Below are positions 1 to 12,299 of a DNA stretch of 64,000 nt, in pieces. Under the pieces are notes generated by a model. The model was not told the origin of the DNA. It ran no database searches and worked only from the letters and a program-made list of their open reading frames with translations. The stretch covers positions 28,956,001 to 29,020,000 of the forward strand of contig CM059432.1 of the NCBI GenBank assembly GCA_030390025.1, in the 5' to 3' direction. The stretch comes from Squalus acanthias (Eukaryota). A program made the position numbers and the translations under genes. Position 1 is the first letter of the stretch, and each line of letters opens with the position of its first letter.

Positions 1-235
1 AATTTTTCCCCCTTACTCTCATAAAAGCAGGCCTTATGCCTGCTTTTACCAGGCGTAAGAATTTCACGGGCACTCGCTGGGCAGAAGTTGGGCAAATAGC
101 TCAACTCTCCGCCAGCGGATTCCCTTTTCCCGGGGATGTGGCTGATCTGTCAAGAAGATTCTTGACAGATCGCAAGTTCCGGGTTTTCATGCATGCGCTT
201 CATACGCACCTCGTACGCACCCGTAGGGGCCACAA
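1..235. mobile_element. Right TIR of a Harbinger-type MITE (AATTTTTCCCCC, 1-12) followed by CpG-rich non-autonomous element sequence
   Basis: Bases 1-12 are identical to the right TIR of the MITE ending at 14244 and are followed by TTA. The rest is CpG-rich, MITE-like sequence. Confidence 0.45.
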
Positions 236-1713
236 ATGATGGCCCATTGTTGGTGTGGATAATGCATAAATCATTAACTGTGAAAGCATTTGTTCCTATT
301 AAGAATTCAGAGTGCTGAACACTTCTGAATGCAATATTTTTATTATCATTTTTTATTAATTAACTTTAGTGAAAATCAAGAAACTTTAGGCTTCCTTCTC
401 AATGACCCAAGCATGGTTCCAAATCTTTCGGTGTTACTTCCACAATACAAGGTAATTAATGAGAGCCTTCTAAACACCACCTCCTTCTGTGTGGAGAGCA
501 CAGTGATCTTCAACTCGTCGCATTCCCAAGCTGTATGAATTTTAGATGTCAGCGGGTAATAAAGAGATGTTACTCTGCCTTGTGCATCATTAATTATTTA
601 TGGGGTGTGTTCCGCCCGGCTTTGCTTCTCTCTTCTCAAATCTAAATTGCTAAGGGGACAGTGGGCAAACTGACGGTTAAGGTAGTGATTGTGCATTAGA
701 GAGCAAAACCATTTGGAGTTTCATCTTCGGGGAGGCAGTTGATAAATGATGTGTAGTGTACAGAAATACTTGCTCACTCTTTCATCTGCTCTGTGTACGA
801 GGAGAGTAATGGGACAAAGCCAGCCACTTCTCTGAAACCAGCATTTCTTCCCAAAACCATCTGGCCTCTGCCTTAATCTATAATCTTTTTGTTTTCAATT
901 TTCCCTGCTCCTCTCCTGAAAGTGCAAAGTAATGTTGGGGTAAATTTCTAAGGATGCTAGCAGCCTCCCAGTACCTTGCCCAATGGGCTATTCTTCATGT
1001 GTGAACCTGGGTATTGAACCCCTCCTAATCTTTCCCTTCCAGGCTACGTATCCATTTTCCTTATGACTATTTATGAAGTGCCTTGCAACATGTTATTACA
1101 TTAATGGTCCTACCTAAATGCAAGTTATGTTTTGGCAGCCAGAGAGTGGAAAACAGCGACACAGCTGAGCTTAATCCTGGCCTCCCCTCACTTCCACTTT
1201 CCAGCGGGAGTGGGTGTCAGGGTATAAGAAAGAGAAAGAGCTTGGGCTAGAAATTCAGCTCCGTAGTGCCTGGTTTTTCGGTGCTACGGGTGCCATTTTA
1301 TGTCCAAAATGGCATCCGAGCAGCACGCACACACTCTGGGGCGGGCCGTGCCGGACGCCATATTGGTGAGTGCATTAGTGTCGGTGCTGGGAGTGTGCGC
1401 CGTTAGTATGCAGAGTAGGTAGATTGTGATGTCATTTTTGACCTCAACGCCCTCCCTTAACCTCGTACAGCTGAACATGCGTTCAGCAGCAGGAAGGACC
1501 CGACACCAGTGCTCTTTAAAGGGATCATCACCTACTTACAGGTTAGTTGCTGATTTATTTCTACTGGCTGTTGCTGAGTTTGTACAAGTGTTCGGTGCTT
1601 TCTAGACTTCTTTAAAGTTCCCTAAAGTCTACAAGGAGTGGTGTGGCACATGCTCAAGGACTTGATACTGACTTGCACTGGGTCTGACCTGACCAGACCA
1701 GTTGCTCCCAGAC

Positions 1714-3020
1714 ATGGGTGAGGTAGTTTGTATTCCCCTTGGCCTGCAGCATGACAGGGAGATTAAGCAGAGGTGACACAGAGCAGAACAAGTTGCTAAA
1801 AGAGGCAGGAGGAGGAGGGGGAGAAGGGCTCTCAGCAGGACGCTATATCCACCCAGAGTCTTCAGGGAGCAGTTCTCCTACGTCAACCTCAGCGACAAAA
1901 GGTGCATGCTATTTTTTCCATTTTACTGAGGAGGTGCTCACAGAAATTTGCCTCCTGCTGCAGGCAGACCTGCAGCCTCAGTCCAGCGTGAGGATGGCAT
2001 TGCCAGTGGCTGTAAAGTGACCGTGGCCCTGAACCTCTTCACATCGGGCTACTTCCAGGCTGGAGTAGGCGACATCTGTAACATCCCCCACTTTGCCCTC
2101 CACTCCTGTCTCATGGAGGTGAGTGAGGCTCTGTATGCAAGGAGAGCTGAATACATTTAATTCTCTCTTGCCAGAGAGAAGCAAGTGGAGCGAGCAGGCG
2201 AAGCGAGCACACGGCTTCATAGAAACATAGAAACATAGAAAAATAAGAGCAGGAGTAGGCCATTCGGCCCTTTGAGCCTGCTCCGCCATTCAATATGATC
2301 ATGGCTGATCCTAGGATTCGCGAGGATAGCAGGCTTCCCCGTGATGCATGGTGCCATTGACTGCACACACGTCACTTTGCAGGCACCGCATCTCAATTCG
2401 GAGATGTACTGAAACCGGAAGGGATTCCACGCCCTCAATGTCTAGATGGTGTGTGACCATACTCAGCGCATCATGCAAGTCAATGCTCAGTATCCTGGCA
2501 GCAGTAATGATGTCTTCATTCTGCAGCAGTCCTCTGTACCATCAACATTTGGGCCACCACGACAAACCAGAGGATGGCTACTGGGTGACAAGGGCTATCC
2601 GCTGATCACCTGGCTCATGACTCCGCTGTGCTGCCCAACCACACGTGGGCAGCATGCATATAACGAAAGCCATGCTGCCACACGGAATCTGATAGAGCAG
2701 ACCATTGGCGTCCTTAAACAACGCTTCTGCTGCCTGGACCGCTCTGGAGGAGCCCGTGCAGTACTCACCACAGTGCGTCTGAAGATTCGTTGTGGTCTGC
2801 AGCATGCTCCACAATCTCTCCATCATGAGGGCACAGACCTTGCCGCCAGGCATACGGTGACCAGATGAGGAGGAAGAGAAGGAGGAGGATAAGAGAGGAG
2901 GAAGCAGAAGAGATGGAGGAGGAAGCGGAAGAGAAGGAATCGGAAGGGAGGAGGCAACCCAGACAGCCCCTTCCTGCGCGGGCTGTCCGTGATCGAATCA
3001 TTCGACTGCAGTGCCAGTGA
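1714..3020 (+). pseudogene. Harbinger DDE transposase (HARBI1-like), frameshifted, interrupted by a CR1 tail at ~2218-2311
   Basis: Motifs [63 protein letters not shown] and an acidic tail, spread over several frames. Confidence 0.9.
2218..2311 (-). mobile_element. CR1 LINE 3' tail fragment
   Basis: (catagaaa)n microsatellite plus the conserved CR1 3' hairpin gagcaggagtaggccattcggccc, inserted in the transposase. Confidence 0.85.
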
Positions 3021-3570
3021 ACACAACCCTAATTCTCCATTCAACATTAGTCCCACACCTTACCTTCCCTCTGTTACTGACCATCACAAAGCGTCCATTA
3101 CGGAGACGTGGTTGCAAAGTGACCAAGGTTGGGAACTAAATATTCCAGGATACTTAACTTTTAGAAGAGATAGGCAAAATGGAAAAGGAGGAGGGGTAGC
3201 TCTGATAATAAAGGATGGGATAAAGACAGTAGAGAGAAAGGATCTCAGCTCCGAAAATCAAGAAGTAGAATCAGTTTGGGTGGAGCTAAGAAACAGCAAG
3301 GGGCAGAAAACATTGGTGAGAGTTGTTTATAGGCCCCCAAATAGTAGTTGTAGGGCAGAGTATAAATCAGGAAATTAGAGGCACATGTAACAAGGGTAAT
3401 ACAGTAATCATGGGGGACATTAATGTATATATAGACTGGGCAAACCAAATTTGCAGTAATAGTGTGGAGGACGATTTCATGGAATGTATACAAGATAGTT
3501 TTATAGATCAGTATGTGGAGGAACCAACCAGGGAACAGGCTATTTTAGATCTAGTATTGTGCAATGAGAA

Positions 3571-3745
3571 AGGGTCAAAATCCTGGAACTCCCTCCCGAA
3601 CAGCACTGTGGGAGTACCTTCACCAAACGGACTGCAGCGGTTCAAGAAGGCAGCTCACCACCACCTTCTCAAGGGCAACTAGGGATGGGCAATAAATGCT
3701 GGCATTGCCAGCGACGCCCACATCCCATGAACAAATAAAAAAAAA
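3571..3745 (+). mobile_element. 3' end of a second LINE family (ORF2 end GSKSWNSLP, short UTR, A-tail)
   Basis: Same sequence occurs on the - strand at 58975-59290; poly(A)-like end. Confidence 0.75.
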
Positions 3746-3747
3746 GG

Positions 3748-3955
3748 TTGAGATTAGACTACACCCAATATTGGTCCACCCTTTGAGTGTAACGCCACTG
3801 AGCTTGGCCTTTAAGACTTGATTTAGCACCCCAATCATTTCTTTGACCAGTGAGAATGAATTTTGCGTGCAGTCTGAAGCATTAGTGCCTGGCACTAATT
3901 CTCCAGCTTTTCTAATTTTACTGTCCATTCCTTGGCTATAATGAATTTCTAGCCC
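3748..3955. mobile_element. Right-end remnant of a Harbinger-type MITE
   Basis: Ends in TIR AATTTCTAGCCC (3944-3955). CR1 sequence (FVSVFTVED) resumes immediately after. Confidence 0.55.
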
Positions 3956-5664
3956 TTTGTATCTGTCTTCACAGTAGAAGACACAAAAAACATTCTGGAA
4001 ACAATGGGGAACCAAGGGTCTAGAGAGAATGAGGAACTTAAAGAAATCAGTATAAGTAAAGACATAGTACTGGTGAAATTAATAGGACTAAGTGGTGACA
4101 AATCCCCTGGACCTGATGACCTGCATCCTAGGGTTTTAAAAGAGGTAGCTGCAGAGATAGTGGATGCACTGGTATTAATCTTCCAGAATTCCCTAGATTA
4201 TAGAACAGTCCCCAAGGATTGGAAGGTAGCAAAAATAACCCCGCTATTTAAGAAAGGAGCAAGAGAAAAAACAGGGAACTACAGACCAGTTAGCCTGACA
4301 TCAGTAGTAGGTAAAATGCTAGAATCTATTATTAAGGACGTGGTAACAGTGCACTTAGAAAATCGTAATATGATTAGACAGAGTCAACATGGTTTTATGA
4401 AAGGGAAATCGTGTTTGACAAATCTGTTAGAGTTTTTTGAAGATGTAACTAGCAGAAAGGATAAAGGGGAACCAGTGGATGTAGTGTATTTGGATTTTCA
4501 AAAAGCACTCGATAAGGTGCCACACAAGAAGTTATTACACAAAGTTTGGACTCATAGGATTGGTGGTAATATATTGAGAATTGATTAATGGACAGAAAAC
4601 AGAGAGTAGGAATAAATGGGACTTTTTCAGGTTGGCAGGCTGTTACTCATGGGATACCGCAGGGATCAGTGCTTGGGCCCTAGCTATTTACAATCTATAT
4701 CAATGATTTGGATGAGGGAACCAAATGTAATATTTCCAAGTTTGCTGATGACACAAAACTAAGTGGGATTGTGAGTTGTGAGGAGGATGCAAAGAGGCTT
4801 CAAGGCAATTTAAACAAGTTGAGTGAGTGGGCAAATACATGGCAGATGCAGTATAACGTGGATAAATGTGAAGTTATCCACTTTGGTAGGAAAAACAGAA
4901 AGGTAGAGTATTATTTAAATGGTGCTAGATTGGGAAATGCTGATGTACAAAGGGACCTGGGTGTCCTTGTACACCAGTCACTGAAAGCAAACATGCAGGT
5001 GCAGCAAGCAGTCAGGAAGGCAAATGGTATGTTGGCCTTCATTGCAAGAGGATTTGAGTACAGGAGCAAGGATGTCTTACTACAGTTATACAGGGCCTTG
5101 GTGAGACCACACCTGGAGTATTATGTACAGTTTTGGTCTCCTTACCTAAGAAAGGATATATTTGCCATAGAGGGAGTGCAGCGAAGGTTCACCAGACTGA
5201 TTCCTGGGATGGGGGGACTGTCGTATGAGAAGAGATTGGGTCGACTAGGCCTGTATTCACTAGAGTTTAGAAGAATGAGAGGGGATCTCATTGAAACGTA
5301 TAAAACTCTGACAGGGCTAGACAGACTGGCTGCAGGGAGGATGTTTCCCCTGGCTGGGGGGGTCTAGAACAAGGGGTCACAGTCTCAGGATACGGGGTAG
5401 GACATTTAGGACTGAGATGAGGAGAAATTTCTTCACTCAGATGGCGGTGAACCTATGGAATTCTCTACCACAGAAGGCTGTGGAGGCCAAGTCACTGAAT
5501 ATATTTAAGAAGGAGATAGATTTCTAGACACAAAAGGCATCAAGGGGTATGTGGAGAGAGCGGGAATATGGTATTGAGATAGAAGATCAGCCATGATTGT
5601 GCTGAATGGCGGAGCAGGCTCGAAGGGCCGAATGGCCTACTCCTGCTCCTATTTTTCTATGTTC

Positions 5665-5928
5665 TAGATGAAGGGGCTGAGTGTAACAAATCCAAGTTTG
5701 CTGATGATACAAAGTTAGGTGGGAAAGTAAGCTGTGAGGAGGACGCAAAGAGGCTGCAGAGAGATATAGACAGGTTGATTGAGTGGGCAAGAACATGGCA
5801 AATGGAATACAATGTGGGGAAGTGTGAAGTTATCCACTTTTGTAGGAAAAACAAAAAGCAGAATATTTTTTGAATGATGAGAGACTGGGAAATGTTTGCA
5901 TTCAGAGGCACCTGGGTGTCCTTGTACA
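5665..5928 (+). mobile_element. CR1 RT fragment
   Basis: Encodes SKFADDTKLGG...WQMEYNVGKCEVIH. Confidence 0.85.
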
Positions 5929-7380
5929 TAATAAGAACATAATAAATAGGAGCAGGAGTCGGCCATTTGGCCCTTCAAGCCTGCTCCACCCTAACTCCAC
6001 TTTCCTGCCCGCTCCCCAGAACCCTTGACTCCCTTATCGTTCAAAAATCTGTCTATCTCCATCGTAAATATATTCAATGACCCAGCCTCCACTGCTCTCT
6101 GGGGTAGAGAATTCCAAAGATTCACGACCCTCTGAGAGAAGAAATTCCTCCTCATCTCCGTTTTAAATGGGCGACCCCTTATTCTGAAACTATGTCCCCT
6201 AGTTCTAGATTCCCCCATGAGGGGAAACATCCTCTCTGCATCTACCCTGTCAAGCCCCCTCAGAATCTTATACGTTTAAATAAGATCACCTCTCATTCTT
6301 CTAAACTCCACTGAGTATAGGCCCAATCTGCTCAACCTTTCTTCATAAGTCAGCTCCTTCATCTCAGGAACCAACCTAGTGAACCTTCTCTGAACTGCCT
6401 CCAGTGCAAGTATATCTTTCCTTAAATAAGGAGACCAAAACTGTACGCAGTACTCCAGGTATGGTCTCACCAGCGCCCTGTACAGTTGTAGCAAGACTTC
6501 CCTACTTTTATACTCCATCCCCCTTGCAATAAAGGCCAACATTCCATTTGCCTTCCTAATTACTTGCTGTACCTGCATGCTAACCTTTTGTGTTTCATGT
6601 ACGAGGACACCCAGATCCCTCTGTACTGCAGCATTTTGTAGTCTCTCTCCATTTAAATAATAATTTGCTTTTTTATTTTTCCTACCAAAGTGGATAACCT
6701 CACATTTTCCCACATTATATTCCATCTGCCAAATTATTGCCCACTCACTTAACCTGTCTATATCCCTTTGCAGATTCTTTGTGCCCTCCTCACAACTTGC
6801 TTTCCCAACTATCTTTGTATCATCAGCAAATTTGGCTACATTACACTCGGTCCCTTCATCCAAGTCATTAATATAGATTGTAAACAGCTGAGGCCCCAGC
6901 ACTGATCCCTGTGGCACCCCACTAATTACAGTTTGCCAACCTGGAAAATTACCCATTTATCCCGACTCTCTGTTTCCTGTTAGTTAGCCAATCCTCTATC
7001 CATACTAATATATTACCCCCAACCTCATGAGCTTTTATCTTGTGCAGTAACCTTTTATGTGGCACCTTATCGAAGGCCTTCTGGAAATCCAAATACACTG
7101 CATCTACTGGTTCCCCTTTATCCACCCTGCTCGTAACATCCTCAAAGAACTCTAGCAAATTTGTCAAACATGATTTCCCTTTCATAAAACCATGCTGACT
7201 CTGCTTGATTGTATTATGATTTTCTAAATGTACTGCTACTACTTCCTTAATATTGGACTCCAGCATTTTTCCAATGACAGATGCTAGGCTAACTGATCTA
7301 TAGCTTCCTGCTTTCTGTCTCCCTCCTTTCTTGAATAGGGGTGTTACATTTGCGACCTCTCCAGAATCTAGGGAATTTTG
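5929..7380 (-). mobile_element. CR1 LINE, 5'-truncated
   Basis: ORFs 6949-7266, 6276-6956 and 5991-6230 give a frameshifted RT (QHGF, GVPQGSVLGP, FADD); tail repeat near 5930. Confidence 0.93.
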
Positions 7381-7391
7381 GTAGATTATAA

Positions 7392-7650
7392 CTAGAAGAA
7401 TGAGAGGTGATCTGATTGAAAAATATAAAATTCTTATGGGGCTTGACAGGGTTAAGGCTGAGAAAATGTTTCCCCTGGCTGGGGAATCTAGAACATGGTG
7501 TCACAGTCTCAGAATAAGGGATCAGTCATTTAGGACTGAGATGAGGAGAAATTTCTTCACACAAAGAGTTGTGAATCTTTGGAATTCTCTACCCCAGAGA
7601 GCTGTGGATGCTCAGTCGTTGAGTATATTCAAGACAGATTTCGATAAATT
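7392..7650 (+). mobile_element. CR1 ORF2 C-terminal fragment
   Basis: RRMRGDLIE...RNFFTQRVVNLWNSLP. Confidence 0.85.
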
Positions 7651-7692
7651 TCAGCATTGATTAGCTGTGTTTGGCTGATGTGGCTGTCATTA

Positions 7693-8785
7693 CATAAGAA
7701 CATAAGAACATAAGAAATAGGAGCAGGAGTAGGCCAATCGGCCCCTCGAGCCTGCTCCGCCATTCAATAAGATCATGGCTGATCTGATCCTAACCGCCAA
7801 TCTACTATCACAGAACCATCTCCTGCATCTAACAGAATTGCACACACGAAATAGGAGCAGAATCAGGCTACACGGTCACTGGGCCCGCTCCACTACCCAC
7901 AGGGCCATGACCGATCCGAACCTAGACTCATGTCCATATTCCTGCCCGCTCCCCGTAACCCTTAATGCCCTTTACTTCTAGGAAACTGTCTATTTCTGTT
8001 TTAAATTTATTTAATGATGTAGCTTCTACAGCTTTTTGTGGCAGCATATTCCATGGACCTACCACCCTCTGAGTGAAGTAGTTCCTCCTCATCTCAGTTT
8101 TGAAAGAGCAGCCCCTTATTCTAAGACTATGTCCCCTAGTTCTAGTCTCACCCGTCATCGGGAACATCCTCCCCGCATCCACCCGATCCAACCCCTTCAC
8201 AATCTTATATGTTTCAATAAGATCGCCTCTCATTCTTCTGAACTCCAATGAGTAGAGTCCCAATCTACCCAACCTCTCTTCATATGACCACCCCCTCATC
8301 CCCGGGATTAACCGAGTGAACCTTTTTTGCACTGCCTCGAGAGCAAGGATGTCTTTCCTTAAGTAAGGACACCAAAACTGTATGCAGTATTCCAGGTGCG
8401 GTCTCACCAATACCTTGTACAACTGAAGCAATACCTCCCTATTTTTATATTCTATCCCCCTAGCAATGAAAGCCAACATTCCATTTGCCTTCTTAATCAC
8501 TTGCTGCACCTGCATACTAACCTTTTGAGTTTCGTGCACCAGGACCCCCAGATCCCTTTGCACTTCAGTACTCTCCAGGTTCTTGCCATTAAGATAATAA
8601 ATTGCTCTAGGATTTTTCCTGCCAAAGTGCATCACCTCACACTTTCCAGTGTTGTATTCCATCTGCCAAATCTCTGCCCACTTACTTAGCCTGTCTATGT
8701 CCCCTTGCAGGTTTTTTATGTCCTCCTCACTCATTACTTTCCCTCCCATCTTTGTATCATCTGCAAATTTTGATATGTTACACTT
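7693..8785 (-). mobile_element. Young CR1 LINE (double-tail subfamily), 5'-truncated, inserted in the Myb-gene intron of Harbinger #1
   Basis: Open frame 7928-8785 from SKFADD to the stop; (cataagaa)n tail; nearly identical to 30480-31567. Flanks rejoin to match the intron at 28690-28740. Confidence 0.93.
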
Positions 8786-8988
8786 GGTTGAATAGCTGGC
8801 AGTGTGTGCAAGCTGTGAGGCTTGCAGCAGTGGTATGTGTGTGAGGGTGAGATGGAGCATATGAATGTGAGGTATGCGTCATGATTGATAGAGATTGTTG
8901 GTAGGTGAGTAATGGGGGTGTGGTGAATTGAGCAGTACGTGAAACTAGCGGTGCAGTTTGTGGGATATGGCATTTGAAGATGAATTAA

Positions 8989-9180
8989 CTGACCTTCACC
9001 AATGTGAGGCCATTAAACTTCTTGTATCACTGCATCCAGGTCCTCAGGACTACACTGCTTGAAACGGCTATCTGGTCCCAATGCCTTCTCACAGTTTCCT
9101 GGTCCCCTGTGGATAGAGGACCTCCCGCACCAAGGCCTCCAGCAATGTGTCTGAAAATCTGCGCACTCTCTCTGCCATAT
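8989..9180 (-). pseudogene. Harbinger Myb/SANT (NAIF1-like) gene exon 1 remnant
   Basis: Reverse strand reads RVRRFSDTLLEALV...RTWMQ*YKKFN followed by a donor-like gtcagt. Upstream cttaaaggcagcctgcacctcttaaagg motif is shared with 28141-28170. Confidence 0.75.
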
Positions 9181-9504
9181 TGTGCCATCACTCAGTTTTC
9201 TTGCTCCTCATTCTGTTTCCCAGCTACTTCCACCACCTGCTGAAGCCAGAATGCACCTCCCCTTTAAGAGGTGCAGGCTGCCTTTAAGAAGTGCAGGCTA
9301 GCTTTACTTGGTGCTAGCCTCGCATGAACTTGGATCCCCTGCTGAGGCACTAAGCCACTAAACAGCGCATCTGGCATTTCCTTACCACTGCAATCATTTT
9401 AATTAGCAGGCAGCATGCAGGGCAGTTTGTGTGCTGCTTGCATTGAACTCAATGGGCGTGGGCTATCATGATACGCGCGCCCGTTTTTGTGCCTTATCCA
9501 ATTT

Positions 9505-10303
9505 GTGAGCAGTTCTGGGCACCACGCCTTAGGAAGGATATATAGGCCTTGGAGGGAGTGCAGCGTAGGTTTACCAGAATGATACCCGGACTTCAAGGGT
9601 CAAGTTACGAGGAGAGATTACACAAATTTGGGCAACACGGTGGCATAGTGGTTAGCACTGTTGCCTCACAGCGCCAGGGGCTGGGTGCGAATCCGGCCAC
9701 GGGTGACTGTTTGCGTGGAGTTTGCACATTCTCCCCGTGTCTGCGTGGGTTTTCTCCGGGTGCTCCGGTTTCCTCCCACAGTCCAAAGATGTGCGGGTTA
9801 GGTTGATTTGGCTATGATAAATTGACCCTTAGTGTTAGGGGGATTAAATACGTGGGGTTACGGGGATAGGGTGGGATATGTGTCGGTGCAGGCTCGATGG
9901 GCCGAAATGGCCTCTATCTGCACTGTGGGGATTCTGTGATTCTGTGAAATTAGGGTTGTATTCCCTAGAATTTTTCAAGATATTAAGGGGAACAGATAGG
10001 GTAGATAGTGAGAAACTATTTCTACTGGTTGGGGATTCTAGGACTAGGGGGCATAATTAGAGCCAGAACTTTCAGGAGTGAAATTAGGAAACACTTCTAC
10101 CACGAAGAGTAGTAGAAGTTTGGAACTCTCTTTCGCAAATGGCAATTGATGCAAGGTCAATTGTTAATTTTAAATCGGAGATTGATAGCTTTCTGTTAAC
10201 CAAAGGCATTAAGGGATATGGGGAAAAGGCGGGTATATGGAGTTAGGTCACAGATCAACCATGATCGAGGGGCTGAATGGCCTACTTCTGTTCCTATGTT
10301 CCT
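9505..10303 (+). mobile_element. CR1 3' fragment inserted into the right TIR of Harbinger #1
   Basis: EGVQRRFTRMIPG...; tail ttcctatgttcct; AATTT duplicated at 9500-9504 and 10304-10308. Confidence 0.85.
9630..9946 (+). mobile_element. HE1-like tRNA-derived V-SINE
   Basis: tRNA-like head (ggtggcatagtggttagcac...gaatcc), V-domain tggagtttgcacattctccccgtg...ggtttcctcccac, CR1-like tail (attctgtg)n; TSD AAATT (9624-9628, 9947-9951). Confidence 0.9.
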
Positions 10304-10315
10304 AATTTCTAGGCC

Positions 10316-10780
10316 CTTGCATTTATATAGCACCTTATTATGCCTTTGGGAGCACCCAATGCCCTTTGCAACCAATAGATTACTTCTGAAGTGCAGTCAC
10401 CATTATTATGTGGGCAAATGCTACAGCCAATTTGTGCACAGCAAGATCTCATAAACAGAAATAAATAAATGACCAGTTAGTCTGCTTTTGCTAGTATTGG
10501 TTGAGGGAAGAACATTGGCTGGGGCAGTTGGAAAACTGCCTGCTCTTCTTCCATTTGTGTCAAAGGATCTTTCACATCCATCAACCACCAGAAACAGGCA
10601 GAGAAGGAATCAATGCATAAACAATAACAAAAATACATGGATTTAACATTTCATCTGAAGGATGGCACTTCTGTCAAAACAGCTCTCCCTCGGTACAGCA
10701 CTGGGGTGTCAGCCTAATTATGCTTGGACTGGGGCTGAAACCTCCAACCTTCTGACTCAGAGCTGAGAGTGAGTGGCACC
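10316..10780 (-). mobile_element. tRNA/Deu-domain SINE (SacSINE/AmnSINE-like); tail end at ~1225-1243 split off by Harbinger #1
   Basis: Reverse complement matches the SINE copies at 11480-12270 and 20961-21162 (tataaatgcaag tail). Confidence 0.75.
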
Positions 10781-11479
10781 GCATTCAGAAATTTGGAAAA
10801 ATCCACATATTTAATTGTATGCCATATTAAGTATTATATTTTGAAAATTCTTTAAAAAATAATGTATCACTTGTTTTGAATCTCAGGCTGTTAGGTGTAG
10901 AAAAAATGTTTATTTTCTTTTGCTTTTCATTTTGGCTACTTTTGCTTTGTTTCAGTACTCCTCAGCAACATCAGGACTTGTACATCTCTTAGATTGGTTA
11001 TCGAACAAACAGCTGGATGAAAATGCGGTAGGCCTATGGCCGCATGGTACAGTGGAATCCTGTATAATGCAAGCCAGCTTTGTGCTGCCAGAGTACCTAT
11101 TAGGTAAGTATAGGGCAGGGGACCCTGAACTTAAAATAACTTTATACATTGTGAGGTAAACTAAGCAATTCACCAAAGCCGCTCCAAGTGCTGGTTGGTG
11201 TTGCTCAGCTTCCCAGAAATTTAAACAGCCGAGGCTAAGCAAATCGACACTTTTTCAGTTATCACTGAGCAGCCCGGCAGAGACAAAGGATCCAGTGCAA
11301 TGATCAATCCAATCAAAGAAAAAGCTGCAGATAAGGCTCAAATTGATTCTTTGGCAAATGGCATTTGGGCCTTATATGCATACAATCAGTACAAGGGGTG
11401 ATCACCCTAAGCAGATTCCATTATAAGAGTGGAGATGATGCTGTGCAGAATATGATAGGGCCAATTTTCCTCTTTGCAG

Positions 11480-12270
11480 TACTCAGTGTCAGCCATGGCT
11501 CAGGCGCACTCTTGCCTCTGAGTCAAAAGGTTGTGGGTTCAAGTCCAACTCCGGAGACTTGAGTACATTTAGCCTGACACTTCAGTGCAGTACGGAGGGA
11601 GTGCTGCACTGTCGGAGATGGTGGCCTAGAAATTTGTCTCGGGCAGTGGCGCAAAACAGGCGGTACCAGATCGGCCGCCCATTATACGCAGCGCCTGATA
11701 TTCAGTTCCACTGACTGCAATGGAACTGAGTATCTGGCGCTGTGTATAACGGGCAGCCAATCCGATACCGCCCATTTTGCACCACCGCCTAAGACGAATT
11801 TCTAGGCCTCCATCTTTTGAATGAGACGTTAAACCGAAGCCCTACCTACCGTCTCAGGTGGATGTAAAGGATCCTATGGCACTATTCAAAGAAGAGCAGG
11901 GGGTTTTACCGGTGTCCTAGCCAATATTTATTCCTTAACCAACACCACCAACAACAGATTATTATCTCATTGCTGTTTGTGAGATTTTGCTGTGCTGCTT
12001 CGTTTCCTACATTACACAAGAACATAAGAACATAAGAATTAGGAGCAGGAGTAGGCCATAAGGTCCCTTGAGCTTGCTCCACCATTCAATAAGATCATGG
12101 CTGAACTTCTATATCAACTCCACTTTCCTGCCCTATCCCTATATCCCTTGATTCGTTTAGTGCCCAAAATTTATCGATCATAGCCTTGAATATACTCATC
12201 ATTACGACAGTGACTACACTGCAAAAGCACTGAATTAGCTGTAAAGCGCTTTGGTACATTCTGAAGTCCT
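11480..12270 (+). mobile_element. tRNA/Deu-domain SINE containing a MITE (11623-11808) and a CR1 tail (12018-12198, - strand)
   Basis: B-box-like ggttcaagtcc; cagtgcagtacggagggagtgctgcactg core; attgctgtttgtg domain; CATTAC duplicated around the CR1 tail. Confidence 0.8.
11623..11808. mobile_element. Fold-back Harbinger-type MITE (~186 bp)
   Basis: TIR GGCCTAGAAATT/AATTTCTAGGCC; the whole element is an imperfect palindrome centred on ttccactgactgcaatggaa. Confidence 0.85.
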
Positions 12271-12299
12271 TTCCTATCCTTTCCTTTACCCAGAGAGCA

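Larger units (their letters stand above)
3091..5662 (+). mobile_element. CR1/HER1-type LINE ORF2 (endonuclease fragment + RT + 3' tail), decayed, with internal deletion and insertions
   Basis: ITETWL, GGGVAL, MGD, ILDLVL endonuclease motifs; KSPGPD, NYRPVSLTS, QHGF, DFQKA, FADD RT motifs; 3' UTR ending ttctatgttct. Confidence 0.93.
1244..10315 (+). mobile_element. PIF/Harbinger DNA transposon #1 (decayed, internally deleted, heavily nested with CR1/SINE/MITE)
   Basis: TIRs GGGCTAGAAATT (1244) and AATTTCTAGGCC (10304-10315); 3-bp TSD CTT (1241-1243, 10316-10318). Flanks rejoin into one SINE tail (agaaagag-ctt-gcatttatatagc). Contains a + strand transposase and a - strand Myb gene remnant. Confidence 0.85.

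Noticed and set aside
3944..3955. Right TIR of Harbinger #1
   Set aside because: Matches the left TIR but lacks the CTT TSD and lies inside a CR1; the 10304-10315 end has the TSD and rejoins the host SINE.
9630..9700. tRNA gene
   Set aside because: tRNA-derived SINE head that continues into the V-domain and a LINE tail.
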